Shown here piece by piece: positions 1 through 11,480 of a DNA stretch of 64,000 nt; position 1 is the stretch's first letter, and every line of letters begins with the position of its first letter. Source of the DNA: Carpediemonas membranifera BICM (Eukaryota; Protista; Fornicata); NCBI GenBank assembly GCA_019828565.1, contig JAHDYR010000046.1:6438-70437 (forward strand). The letters are read 5' to 3'. The notes under the pieces are model-generated. The model saw only the letters and a list, made by a program, of their open reading frames with translations. It was not told the DNA's origin and made no database searches. The position numbers and the translations under genes were made by a program.

Positions 1-146
1 GCCCCCATGGCCTCCCACTCTTTCCACGCTCGACTCATTGAGCCAACCACGTGTGTCCGTTGACCTGGACCAGAGACGGGCTGAGCGTCGGACAATAGGT
101 GCCGCGTGTCCTGGCTTGTTTCGCTTCTTGCTTGCTCTTGTGACAT
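1..146 (-). CDS. N-terminus of RT/RNase H ORF of element A (partial)
   Basis: ATG at 146 reads MSQEQARS...VVGSMSRAWKEWEAMG, homologous to the start of ORF 9036..10433. Confidence 0.7.
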   Translation of the reverse strand, partial: MSQEQARSETSQDTRHLLSDAQPVSGPGQRTHVVGSMSRAWKEWEAMG

Positions 147-214
147 TCTTCTCTGTATTCAAAACGTAGACGGTGCCTTTTATATCTGAGGATGGCATAA
201 CCTCACTTGGGCAA

Positions 215-728
215 CTACTGCTGCCCCGGGGCCGCATTGCGGTTGCCCGAGGCTTTCTGGAATCTGTGGTTGATGTATCCGTGGTTTCGGAAGGGACGCT
301 TGGCGATCCGGTGTGATGTGTGAGCCCGCGTGGCAGGGATGGCCTTCTTGGCCTTGGCGGCGACCTTGACGAGGTCCTTGACGTTGGATATGTCCTCGGC
401 GGTGACGATAAAGTAGGCGGCCGCTTCTTCGTTGGCAGAGTCGAGGACTCGGAGGAACTCGAGGCGCTTTTCGACGGCAAGATTAATGGCTGTGGTCAGC
501 AATCGTCTCCTTGCTGGGGTCAGCCAGGATTGACTTGATTTCTCCGTGTAGGGCGCGCAGGTGTTGGAATTCTTTAAGCACTGCTGGGATTTTGGTGGGC
601 TTGCGTACATCCTCAGCATTCGTGCGGACATCGTCAAGATTCTCGCTCAGTGATGCTATTGTGGCAGCCTGTGACCGCACCAGGGCCTCCAGGCTCTCCA
701 GTGTCACGGGGGGCTGTGCGTCGCCCAT
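215..728 (-). CDS. Gag-like ORF1 of element A (one frameshift near 490)
   Basis: ORFs 483..878 and 215..637 joined align end to end with the 164-aa ORF 10497..10991. Confidence 0.75.
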
Positions 729-1057
729 CTTCTCGGAACTACCGGGGAATGGGGTTTTAACCCCTTGGTAAAATTGGTCTGAACTGGACCGCAGATTTGA
801 TTCGAATATTTGGTCAATATTCGATCTCTCTCGAATATTTGCACCAGATGGCCGGTAGTCCATCTGGGCCTGTACCACGCCCCGAGGCGTACTTACGCAT
901 CGCGTCTATGACGGTATGCGTCTGACTAGGCAGACACTCACATTCACTTATGAATTCTCCTGGGGCTTCCCGCCCGCACGCCTACACCATCCCGATGGTG
1001 ACCATTCAATCTTTATGGACCACTCGTACCCGTACGAGTAAAGGAAGGAGACGACTG

Positions 1058-1930
1058 CTATTCGAGGTGCGCGAACCATTCGCATCTCGTCACAGCTGTC
1101 TCCTGGTCGAGCCGCACCGCTTCGGCGATGTAGCTCTGGAGGGAACTCTCGGACTTCCAAGTACCGAGGGCCATGACCACTGGAGTGGGCATCCCGCGAA
1201 GTACAGTGTCCGCTGCGGCCCCGCGACGGAAGCTATGGGATCCAACTGGGTCTCCAAAGACCTGCTTCAGCTTGTCTTGGAGCATAGCGGGGGGCAACGG
1301 CCCTCGGTCCAGCCTCGACCCATCGAGGTTGGGGGACTTCCAGATGGTGGCGTCTCTGTCCTGGCACCAGCGCTGCAGGTGAGCCATGAGCATCCCTGCC
1401 GGATTGAGCGCGCCTTCGACCCACGGGATGAACTTCTTAACTGCGCGAAGCCCTGTCTTGGTGGAGTCGATGGTGATAGAGACGCCGAGTCCTGCTTTCA
1501 CCCTGATATCCCGAGGAGTGAGGGGTAGGATCTCACTGCGCCTCGATATTGTTGCGTAGGCAACGACGCCGAATAAGAAGGCTTGGTGGAACTCCTCGTC
1601 GCGGCCGGCGAGTTTGGGGGATCAGGCGGTGGATGCGTGCAGCCCGCACTGGGACCTTGCGTTGCGGCCTGGGGACTGTAGCGCGCTTCGCTTCGGTGAT
1701 GAATGCCTTTTGAGCAGCTGGGGGTGCCCACGTTGATACCAGGGGTGCAAACCTTACCACCAGCGAGCCCCGGTGCGCCAGACGGTCTGGGCCTACTAGC
1801 TCAGCCTCGCGAGCGAGCCACGCCAGGAATGTGTCGCGGTCCGATGCCGGGTTGGCCTCTCGGAAGGTCAGGAACTGGGAGACGACACCCGCCGTGTCAC
1901 GCCTGGTCGTTGCCACGTAGCCTTTGAGCT
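1058..1930 (-). CDS. Tyrosine recombinase of element B (frameshifted)
   Basis: SRRSEI (near 1535), HSFRRG, GTW and SY match the R-HxxR-W-Y catalytic set; core ORF is 1058..1501. Confidence 0.85.
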
Positions 1931-1939
1931 CGTCTAGAC

Positions 1940-3372
1940 CTAGTACTGCATTGAAAGCGGCGTCGTCGGCACGAAGACGGCGAGGAGCCGCGGCTTTTCC
2001 CCCACGAGGATGTTCTGGAGCTCTGAGTCCTTCATGTCCTCCGCGTAGACCCTGAACGTTCTCTTGAAGGGGGAGAGGCCCTTGATGCGGCGTACCGCCT
2101 CGGACTGGACGTCGGGCATCACCACGACCACTGCAGACTTGGTATGCCTCGGATGTGAGGCTGGTGAGGCGCGAATGAGGGCCAGTCGGTTGGCTACGGC
2201 TGGAAGAAGGGCGTATGGTGGTGCTGCGAAGACTCTCTTGCTGCGCCACTCCGAGCTCATGCCGCTCTCGGCCAGCGTGAGCGAACGCTCGACGAAGCCG
2301 GGAAGTAGTAACTCCTTGTCCCTCCCACCAGTCACGTCGACCTCGAGAGGGCCCCACTCCTCCAGTATGGCAGCGAGGATCCCTCGTGGTGTCCGCCATT
2401 CCAGTCGCTGGTATCTCGACAGAGCATCTGCGGAGACATTGAGGTGCCCGCTGACGTGCTGGGCTCTCAGTGTGATCTGGCAGGCGGCCAAGCGGGAAAA
2501 GAGGGTGAGACAAGCGTCCTGGATCATCGGCGGGGCTCGCGTTGATCCCTGCTTGTTCAACCAGGCGCAGGCGTTGCTGTTGTCGATGAATACGGTGATC
2601 TCCCCTGTCCGTTAGATGTGGAAGGAGCGTCTCCACGGCGTTCGTCGCCGCAAAGAACTCTTTCACCGCAATGGACTCGTTCTGGAGCGGGCTGTTGGGG
2701 GAAACGGAGGAGGATACGATCGTCTGCTTGCAGCCGTCCCTGATAATGGCAGCTAAGCCCTTTTCTGAGGCGTCCGACTGGATGTGGATGTCGATTGCCG
2801 GGTTTGCGCCCCACATGCTGATCAGGGAGTCGAAGGAGCGGGGAGGATGATCTTCGCTGCTCAGCAGTTGCTTCCAGTACGATAGGGCCTTGAGGACGGC
2901 TTTCGTAAAGCCTTTCTCCGTCTCGGTGGCTGTCTGAAGAGGTCTCAGCCATGCGCGGCCGTCGGGGAAGCACAGAGATGCGAAGGATAGCTTCCCGATG
3001 AGGGATTGCCACCTCTTGTTGCTCATATTGCCTTCTATCAGCGCACTCTCGACCAATTGGCTGTATCTGCTGCGCTTCTTCGAGTCTAGGGAAATGACCC
3101 GAGCAGCTGAGTCGATGCGCATGCCGAGGTATGTCAGGACTGTGGTGGGCTCTAGGACTGACATGTCGTGGTTGATGATAAAGCCTAGCTGATTCATGAT
3201 GTCCAGGAGGCGCTGGCGCTCGCGCAGAAGGGCCTTCTTCTTCCCGAAGAATAGAAGGTCGTCCAGATAGACGGCAACTCCTACACCGCGGCAATGGCGC
3301 TTGATAATCTTCGCTACGGTAATCATGATCTTCTGGAAGTAGAATGGCGCCGCGGACCATCCGAATGGGAGT
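1940..3372 (-). CDS. RT-RNase H-methyltransferase-like ORF of element B (5'-truncated, frameshift near 2610)
   Basis: LPFG, YLDD, YLG, SDAS, HVSGHLNVSADALSR, then W.TP...WGPLEVD...W....VFAAPPY. Confidence 0.88.
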
Positions 3373-3384
3373 AACCAGCTCCGC

Positions 3385-4581
3385 ATGGTACGCGTCAGGA
3401 AGGGCCTAGGGGCAGCAAGGGAGGAGGACATCATAACCATGGCCATGCTATACGAGTGGTGGCCCTCGAAGGAGGCTACGGCTCATCAAGGAGTCTGGGG
3501 CTGCGACGACCTAGCAGAGAGCCTCAGGGACTATGAGAAGGTCATAGTCAACGTCAAGGCTCCCAGGAACAGGGGTAGGATCACCCTAGGGGCGAGCTTC
3601 ATCCCGAGAGACTGGGGCATGGTCAGGATCAGCGAGGCTGGGACCATCCTAAGCCGCATGCGCAAGGAAGGGGCCAGACTAGTCTCGGCAGCTATCCCGG
3701 ACGAGCCCAGAGCCAACACAGTCAATGTCCCAGGCATCACGTATGTCCCCACCATCGACGGAAAGTCCGAACAGCCATACCAAAGTAGGTTCTTCGACAA
3801 CGGCCTGGAGGAAAAGGCGAGGCGGATTAGCACCAGGATGGTGGGCAGGCACTTCGGCCAGGACGCGGATCAAGGACATCACGACCAGCATGGAGACAGG
3901 GAAGAGGACAGAAGGGTAGGACACGGAGCCGGCGGTAGAGCTGGTGTCAGAGCTGACGACAGAACCGGCGACAGAGCTGGTAACATGAACAGGACCTCGG
4001 ATCGTAACCACGGAGGAGACGACAGGGAGAGACAGGACAACACGGGAACGCAGATGAGAGGCTCGTTCAGCGGGAACACCTGGGCCGGTAGAGGCTCAGA
4101 GGGAGGCATGGACAACAGCAAGGATCACTCTTCCTCCACGACGCTCAAGCGCAAGGAGGGCAGCACGAGTAGGATCATGGACTCGGACAGCGGAAAGAGA
4201 AGCAGGCACGAAGAGGACATGGACTGGGAGTCTGGAAGCAGACAGGCAACCGGCATGGACTCGGAGAAGCTGCGGCTCCGAAAGCAGTTGGCAGAGGCGC
4301 AACAAGAGATCTCAGCGCTCAAGGCTGCCCGACTCATGCAAGAGCAAGGCCACGGAAGGTTGGTGCTCTCCGGCGTCGCGACTAAGCCCAGCAAGGAGAA
4401 GCCCACGATCCCCCGGCACAAGCACAAGAAGGCTAAGAAGGCCAAGCAGATCTCACCCATGGACCTGATGACCCAGTTCATCACGGTAATGCAGAGTCTA
4501 CAAGGACAGCAAGTGAGTCAGGCCGAGGACAGCTGCAGCGGCAGTGGGGGAGTCCACGGAGGAGGAGTAAGGACATGGTAA
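3385..4581 (+). CDS. LINE ORF1 (basic, coiled-coil)
   Basis: 398-aa ORF directly upstream of the APE-RT ORF, with a coiled coil (LRLRKQLAEAQQEISAL) and a basic tract. Confidence 0.65.
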   Translation: MVRVRKGLGAAREEDIITMAMLYEWWPSKEATAHQGVWGCDDLAESLRDYEKVIVNVKAPRNRGRITLGASFIPRDWGMVRISEAGTILSRMRKEGARLVSAAIPDEPRANTVNVPGITYVPTIDGKSEQPYQSRFFDNGLEEKARRISTRMVGRHFGQDADQGHHDQHGDREEDRRVGHGAGGRAGVRADDRTGDRAGNMNRTSDRNHGGDDRERQDNTGTQMRGSFSGNTWAGRGSEGGMDNSKDHSSSTTLKRKEGSTSRIMDSDSGKRSRHEEDMDWESGSRQATGMDSEKLRLRKQLAEAQQEISALKAARLMQEQGHGRLVLSGVATKPSKEKPTIPRHKHKKAKKAKQISPMDLMTQFITVMQSLQGQQVSQAEDSCSGSGGVHGGGVRTW

Positions 4582-4901
4582 AGCAGTATTCTTTCAAGGA
4601 ACAAGCAACATTTTCTTTATAATTCACAAGCCCTGGCTCCCACCCAGGGCCCGGCATTAGCTGAAATGCACTGCCGGTAGGCTGTAGCGGCAGCCAAAGG
4701 GGGGTCACGTCATATCGTCCCCCTCCTAAGTACCCTGCCCGAAGAATGGAAGGTCACCAGGTGGTAACAAGGTTGGCCTGACAAGGGTCACCGAGACCGG
4801 CATCTAGGCCCCTTGTTAGGACAAGGATAGCAGGAGAGGAGCGGGAAGCTGGGGCTCCCAAATTCTGGGAATTCGCAGGATAAGGAAACAGGACAAAGGC
4901 A

Positions 4902-7900
4902 ATGGTAACCTACAAGATACTTAGTCTGAACACAGAGGGACACATAGGAAGAGGAAAGGACTTCACGGCGTCTATGGCAACGGCGATTCAGCTAAGGTTG
5001 AAGGACATAGAGGCAGTACTCATACAAGAGACATGGAGAACGGCGAATACGAGGGTTCATTGCTTCATGGACCTTGACTACGCACTAGCAGGGAGGGAGA
5101 CGGAAGAGGACCTGGTCTTAGCCAACGAAAAACGAAAGGCGGATGTCAAAAGTCAGCACCGCATCAACCGACAACTAGGCATAGCAGGCAATGACGAACC
5201 TGCGCCAAGATGGAAGGGAACAAGGGAAGGCATCGGCACGATAGTGAGCCCACACGCAACTGCAAAGTGGGACATCGGCATAACGGACAGCCTATCGGGA
5301 AGAGTGCAAGCCAGCATAATGAGAACCGGCAGGGACATACTAGTCATCAACGTGTATGGCCCTCCATCCGGCCACAGCAAGCAGGAGAAGGATGGATTCA
5401 GGGACACTATACAGAAGATCATGGACATGAAAGGGAGCATGGAGGCCATAATTATGGGAGACTGGAACATCGACCCAGGCCAGATGGAAAGATCCACCCG
5501 GTGGAAGGATATGATGGAGAAGCACAGGCTCAAAGCCATCATACCCAAGTCTGGGACGCTCACATCAGGAACATCAACCCCGGACTTTGCAGTGACAACA
5601 CCAGGAATCCAGGGGGCGGAGATTGAGGTGGTAGAGTCTCAGAAGGTCGGGGTATGGGGCTCAGCACACAATGGAATCACACTAGCATGGAAGGAACAAC
5701 GGTACTATGGCAGAAGTGAGCGAGACGTGGCTCTGGCCATACCCGAGGTGCACACCTGGCCCATGAAAAAGAAGGAGGGGCCAGTCACAGTCTCAAAGCT
5801 GAACAGGATCAAGAGCTCGGACCAATGGGAAGAGACTATAAGAGCATGCATGGGCGACCCAGTGAACAACAGGGGAGCAAAGGCAAGGGACAAAGTGTTC
5901 GGGAACGGAGTGTGGAGCGAACTCCAGCGAACCCCATGGACAGAAATAGGCAACAGGACCAGGAAGGAAAGGATGAAAGAGGAGCTGGAGAAATACTGGG
6001 GAGAGCGCAGGGCCAAATGGGTGGCCGACATCAGCAGAAGTGCAAAAAGGGGGTATAGGGCCTCAAGGGCCTCAGTGGAAGCTGCCATCAGAAGGTGGTG
6101 GTGTGACAACCAATACAAGGGAATACCGGAGAGCCTCCTCAAGGACGGAGTGATAACCACGGACAAGGCGGCCATCAGCGAGATCCTCTTGCAACAGTAT
6201 GCTAGAGTCAGCAGAGGCAGGGAACCCACCTGGAAGACATGGAGGGGCAGGGACGGAAATGAGTTCAAGGAAAGCGAGGTCAAAGCCGCAATCAAAAGGA
6301 TCAGGAGGGACACCGCACCAGGGCCTGACCTCACATCTGGAGACATGCTGAGAGAGCTGGATGAGAAAGGCCTTAGGGAAGTGACGAGGCTCATCAACAG
6401 GGTCTACAGGGAGGGCGACGTACCCAAAGCATGGAAGTATGCCACAGTGTCGGCCATACACAAGACAGGGAAGCCAAGGGTCAAGCCGGAATCATATAGA
6501 CCAATATCCTTGACACCACTGCTGTACAGGGTCTATGGTAGATTGCTCAAGATACGTCTGGAAGCAGCAACGAAAAGGTTCATACCAAGAGAACAGGCTG
6601 GTTTCCAGTCAGACAGGGACGTCATCCAGCAGATACAGTACATTGTGCAGCGGCACCAGGAGGGGGTGAGACCACGTCAATCTTTCTGGACATCGAGAAG
6701 GCATATGACACGGTACCAAGGGACATTCTCATGGATAAGCTACAGGGTATGGGGGTGGAGGAGCACTTGATCAGGGCAATTCAAGGCACAATAAAGGAAA
6801 CCTGGATATCAGTCAAGGGGGCAAAGGCATGGGAAAAGAACCAACAGGGGAGTTAAGCAAGGGTGCGTCCTGGCACCGACACTGTTTGTGCTGTTCATGG
6901 CTAACTGGCCCCCACCTGGCCAGAAAGAAAAATCAAGGGAGAACGGTACGACATCAGAGAACCGCCAAGGACCACGAGCCACCTCAGCGACCGACTACCG
7001 GCAGCACTTACCATGTTTGTGGATGACACTGCGGTCACAGGGAGCAAACCGGAGCATAGCCAGATGGTCGCCAACATAATGGTGGACATAATCAGAGAGC
7101 ATGAAATGAGGGTGAACGCCCAGAAGAATGTAATGATTAGCGTGGACAGAACAGCCCTAGTCAGGATCGAGGGGGTAACACTACTGCCAGAGAAGGAGGC
7201 GAGATACCTGGGATTATGGATCGCAAGTGGGAAGGACCCTATGTCGGCCTGCATAAGGCGGAAACAGGAGCAGAGCGAAAGGTACAAGAGACTGGTGAGA
7301 TGGGCAGGGTGGACCAGGGCAAACATGCCAGCACTAGCGAGCAGGCTACTACTGGAAATATATATATGGCCCAGGATCCTCTTCGGAGTCGAGGTGTGGG
7401 GGAACGCACCGGGAGGTAGAAGGATCTGGAATGACTGGCAGGGAATCATGGCAGGAACAGGACCGGGAGGGGCGCAGCCATGAGGCTGATGAATGGATGG
7501 GTGGACCTCCAGGCACACATGGAATGGCTGGCAGTCAAAAGGATAGTCAACTACAGGGACCAGGATATACCAGTCAGAAACAGAGAATGGGGGGCGGGGC
7601 ACGGTTATGTGGGAAGCTAGGGAGAGAGTGCAGCATCTACTGGAGGGCACCAGAGAGGGAGCCCCTAAACCAGCGCTACTGGATTATGGCATGGAAACGA
7701 TCAGGGAGGGGGTGGATGAAGCGGTGCAAAAGCCGTACGGCACTAGGACTAATGGAAATCATGGGGACAAGGAAATTAAGCAAGTGTCTGCAAGGTAAGC
7801 CTACGGTAGACCGAAAGGCTGGGAAGGGGCAAAGCAGGGCGGAATGGAAGAGAATTGTATCCATTGCAGCCAATGTCAGCCCATCCCCATCGTCGGCAGA

Positions 7901-8348
7901 GAGAGGGGAGGGCCCTATGAGAGCCATCACAGAGCTGGCCCAAGGCGCTGACCTGAAGAGAGAAATTAGCAGACTATGCCCCCTATGCTCGGAGGAGTCG
8001 GAGGTGAGCCTGTTCTACAGGATCATTAGGGAAAAGCCAGGACCAGCAAGGAAGCAGGAAATGATCAGGGAGTGGGCAGAGGGCCAGAGGCTAGGATCGG
8101 CAGCGCACATAATCTGTGAATGCCCGGCATTAGACAGGGGAGAAGCTTGGACAAAGCTGTGGACAGCAGCGAAGCACAAAACTAAGGACTTGGAAGTAAG
8201 GCAGGGCCCCCAGGGCGAATGGTACCAGGAAAGACCCATCCTAGAATTACAGCAACTAATAATATGGGGCTCGGAGGACATTTGGGAAGGCCTCACGGCA
8301 GGACTACGGGAACTGGCAAAGGTTTACAACAGCTTCAAGGTGGAATAG
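4902..8348 (+). CDS. LINE ORF2: APE endonuclease, RT, C-terminal Cys/His motif (several frameshifts)
   Basis: SLN, IQETW, NVYGP, GDWN, SAH; APGPD, YRPISL, QAGF, DIEKAYD, GVKQG, FVDD, YLG; CPLC...HIICEC. Confidence 0.9.
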
Positions 8349-9124
8349 AAGCATTTCATGAACCCCTGACTCCAGGACCGGGAAGGGATGGACAAGGAAT
8401 CAGCCATGGACCACCCTCGCTGGTGCTAAGCTCCTGGGATCAGTGAGGAAAGGCCCCACGTATCCCGGTAGCCAGGAACCAAAGCAAGGGAAGGAACGAC
8501 TGCAAGGAAAGAACAGGAAGGACAGACCAGAAATAAGAAAGAAAGGACATGCGACAAGGACAGAGCAAGGATAAGGTCAAGGAAATCCATATTCATATGG
8601 TTGCACCACTCGTTGGGACCCCAAGGAAACTGCAGGGACTGGCCACGGGGGTCGGAGGGGCACAGGTGCCCCTGCCGCCCTTGTTAACGACATGGGAAAC
8701 CAAGGACATGTAGTGCAAGCGAAATGTTGTAAGGGGTAACAGGACAACCAGGCCCAGTCAGCCTGGGGGTACACCGCCCATGCCCTGACCCACGCCACCT
8801 AACCGGGGTAGACAGCATGGACTTAGTCACTTTCCCCGCCTTCGGGTAGGCCTCTTAACAGAGTCGAGGGGGCATGGAATTGGGGAACCGGACAGACGAG
8901 AGGGTGCCGTGGCTGAACGGCTCTACAAGGACTGCAGGGAAGCAAGGAGTGTCATAGTCAAGGTTCTGCAGGACGATCCTGCCTGTCAATGCCCCGAGGA
9001 CAGACCCCCAGGCTCCCCGGATAGTTGCCGGACTTTCAGGGAGACATGAAAGCATATTTGCACGGAGATGGCCGCAGGGCCTCTGGGGCGATTGGAATCG
9101 GCTTTCCGCGGAGACAGTAGCACC

Positions 9125-10433
9125 CGGCTAGGAGTAGGTCCCTCTCCTGAATGTCGCTCGTCCATCTCCGCAGGCCTTCCTCCATTGCCCATAGCTCCTT
9201 CGCGTTGATGCTCTTGGAGCATTGTGCCTCTGAGAACCTGCCCTGGATGTTGAGGGACGTGTCTTCGACAAACAGCGTCGCGCCGAACGCATAGTCCGAC
9301 GCGTCGGTCTCCATACGAAGTACCTGGCCTCTTGGGCCGAAGTACCATGCCGGATCGGATGATAGCTGTCTGGCCCACCACCGCAGGTCCGTTCGTAGGT
9401 CCTGGGGCAGGCTGGACTTTGGGTACCGCACTCGGTCGTCGCAGCCAGCGATCCTGACCTGCAGCTCTCTGAGCCGGACAAGTGCCCGCGTCCCTAGTGC
9501 GAACCGGCAGAAGAGTAGCTTTCCGTGAAGGGTCTGAAGGTCCCGCTTTGTGTGTCTCTTGAGTTGCAGGTTGGCTATGAGTCTGCTGTACTGAGCCCTC
9601 TTCTCCTCTGGCAGCGACATCGTCATCTCGCGCAAGTCGACTATCACGCCCAAGTAAGTTACCCTCTGGGACGGGGTCAAGTGGCACTTCTCTCTCGATA
9701 GGACGACTCCAAGTGAGTCCAAGATCTCTAAGATCCGTGGGACCTGGGCGCTCAACGACTCTCTCGAGCGACTGATTATGAGCAGATCGTCCAGATACAC
9801 GTATATTATCAGTCCTTCGAGAAGTGAGCGCAAGATCTTCGCCATCTGTGACGTAACCGACTGAAACTGCCGTGGCGCCGTTGAGAGGCCGAAAGGGAGT
9901 CCTCTCCATCTGTATTGTTCTCCCTCGAACGAGAATCCGAGTTCCTGTCGTGAGTTCTCCTCCACTAGGAGCTGGTAGTACCCGGACTTCATGTCCAATG
10001 TTATTCCCCACGAGTTTCTCGGAACGCCATGCTGTATCTCTGCTAGGCCCCTCAGCCTGAATGTTAGGTCCTCTTGGTATGCATTGACCGGTCTCAGGTC
10101 GTGTATCAGACGGTAGCTGCCTGCGATCTTCTTCTCTAATGTAAACAGGGGGCATATTGTCGTCGCCTCGCCCTTCTCTATTGCTTTCTGTTGCAGTAGC
10201 TCCTCTAGTAGAGCCTTCATCGTGTCTGTCTCCTTCTGGAGGTGCGCATTGAGCGCCGGTGCTGCCGGGGTGACCTTCACTCCCTCTCGTAACAGTTGCA
10301 CCACCTCCCTGCTGGCCCCGAGGGCCTCCCACCTCATCCACCGACGGCTCATCGAGCCCGTCAGCCCCTGTATACACTGGGTGGAGGTGTCTTGCTGATC
10401 TTCTTGTGCTTCTTCTCTTTCCATTGCAAACAA
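9125..10433 (-). CDS. RT-RNase H of element C (3'-truncated)
   Basis: ORF 9036..10433 carries the RT motifs; its last ~29 codons are read-through into LINE sequence. Confidence 0.9.
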
Positions 10434-10467
10434 ACTCTTCGAAGTATATCGAGCCTTTTATAGTCAT
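9125..10467 (-). CDS. Alternative-frame ORF overlapping RT of element C (probable N-terminal extension of the YR ORF)
   Basis: 493-codon open frame whose N-terminus (IKGSIY, RRSAR, LDEPSVDEVGG) is conserved in the equivalent frame of element A. Confidence 0.55.
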
Positions 10468-10496
10468 CGGGTTCAGGCTTAACCATTCTCTGGCCT

Positions 10497-10991
10497 CTAC
10501 TGGGCCCGCCCCGGTCCGAGGTCGGTTGCCGGGGCACGACGGTTGTTGTTGTTGAAGCGGGGAGAGTTGCTGCTGAAGCCGCCGAAGCCTCTCTGGAACC
10601 GCTTGGGTCGAGGAGGCGGTGGGGTGGCCTTGGCCGCCTTGGCGGCCAGCACTACGAAGCGTTGCGCGTCTCGTTCTTCTCTCGAAATAGCCATGAAGTA
10701 GCGCGCAGCGGTGTCGGAGTGGCTGTCATATAGCCGTAGGAACTCGAGTCTGCGCTCGAAGACCGCCTCGATCGCGGCTTCGATCTGGTTGACGCGCGTC
10801 ATCTCCGGGTTGTTGAGGATACCTCTGATGTCGGCAAGTGTCTCGCGGAGGTGGTCGTACTCCTTAGCAACGGCTCCTATCCGAGACGGGCGTCTCGGGT
10901 CCCGTGTACTGTCCTTAACCGATGAAACCTCCGAACGGAGTGCCGTAATGACGTTCTGCTGCTGTTGTATGAGCTCAGCAAGGCTCTCCAT
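10497..10991 (-). CDS. Gag-like ORF1 of element C
   Basis: Lies upstream of the RT; coiled coil plus basic C-terminus; homologous to the element A gag. Confidence 0.8.
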   Translation of the reverse strand: MESLAELIQQQQNVITALRSEVSSVKDSTRDPRRPSRIGAVAKEYDHLRETLADIRGILNNPEMTRVNQIEAAIEAVFERRLEFLRLYDSHSDTAARYFMAISREERDAQRFVVLAAKAAKATPPPPRPKRFQRGFGGFSSNSPRFNNNNRRAPATDLGPGRAQ

Positions 10992-11480
10992 GGTGACAGG
11001 CGGCGGATCAGCGTTATCCGGTGTCGCCTTCGGCCATCCTCACGGTTTCTGCTGGAGGGATACGATCTGCTCGCGATCGGGACGGATCAAGACCGTATCC
11101 ACAATCATATCTTTCGAGATTTTTTAAATATTTTGGCCATCTTTCTCGTGTCCCCGGAATCCTGTTCTGACACGCCCTGACCCAGCAGTGTCAGGGCGTG
11201 AGCCACGCCCGAGGCGTGATAGCTTACATATCGATGATGTCTGACTAGGCAGACACTCACATTCACTTATGAATTCTCCTGGGGGGCGGAACATTTACAT
11301 GATTCGTCGCGTAATGTTCCCTGTGCCCGCGGTCCCGCGGACTGTAAAACGTCGTGGTGTCAAGAGGACCCCTGGGTCACGGGTTCCATGGCTTCATTGC
11401 CTAGCCCACTTTGGCTTCGGCTCTTCCCTCAACGTCCTGTTAACTCGCCGGACCTGAGTACGTCTCGCGTTATTGCTCCT

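Larger units (their letters stand above)
1..965 (-). mobile_element. DIRS/PAT-like YR retrotransposon A, 5' part (leader, gag, start of RT); continues beyond window start
   Basis: The gag is similar to 10497..10991 (KEF/YxHLR, ExRLEFLR, AAxYF, AAKAxKA). The RT N-terminus (VGSMSRAWKEWEAMG) matches GSMSRRWMRWEALG of element C. The 46-bp sequence 920..965 is identical to 11239..11284. Confidence 0.85.
966..3372 (-). mobile_element. DIRS/PAT-like YR retrotransposon B, 3' part (RT-RNase H-MT, YR); 5' part lost at LINE junction
   Basis: LPFGWSAAP...YLDD RT, SDAS...KE..A RNase H, Dam-like MT region and YR motifs in canonical DIRS order. Confidence 0.9.
3373..9124 (+). mobile_element. APE-type LINE family 1, copy 1 (ORF1 + ORF2; extreme 3' end missing)
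   Basis: Two-ORF structure. 5662..9124 is near-identical to the reverse complement of ~49327..52793. Confidence 0.9.
9125..11284 (-). mobile_element. DIRS/PAT-like YR retrotransposon C, 5' part (leader, gag, RT, half of RNase H)
   Basis: gag 10497..10991; RT with DMKSGYYQ, LPFGLSTAP, YLDD; RNase H TDAS...INAKEL, cut at the LINE junction. Confidence 0.9.

Noticed and set aside
880-965. Hammerhead ribozyme in the A/C leader
   Set aside because: CTGA is present but the CUGANGA...GAAA core is not, on either strand.
11285-11460. snRNA or spliced-leader RNA gene
   Set aside because: It contains hairpins but no U1/U2/U4/U5/U6 or SL/Sm-site signature that I could recognise.
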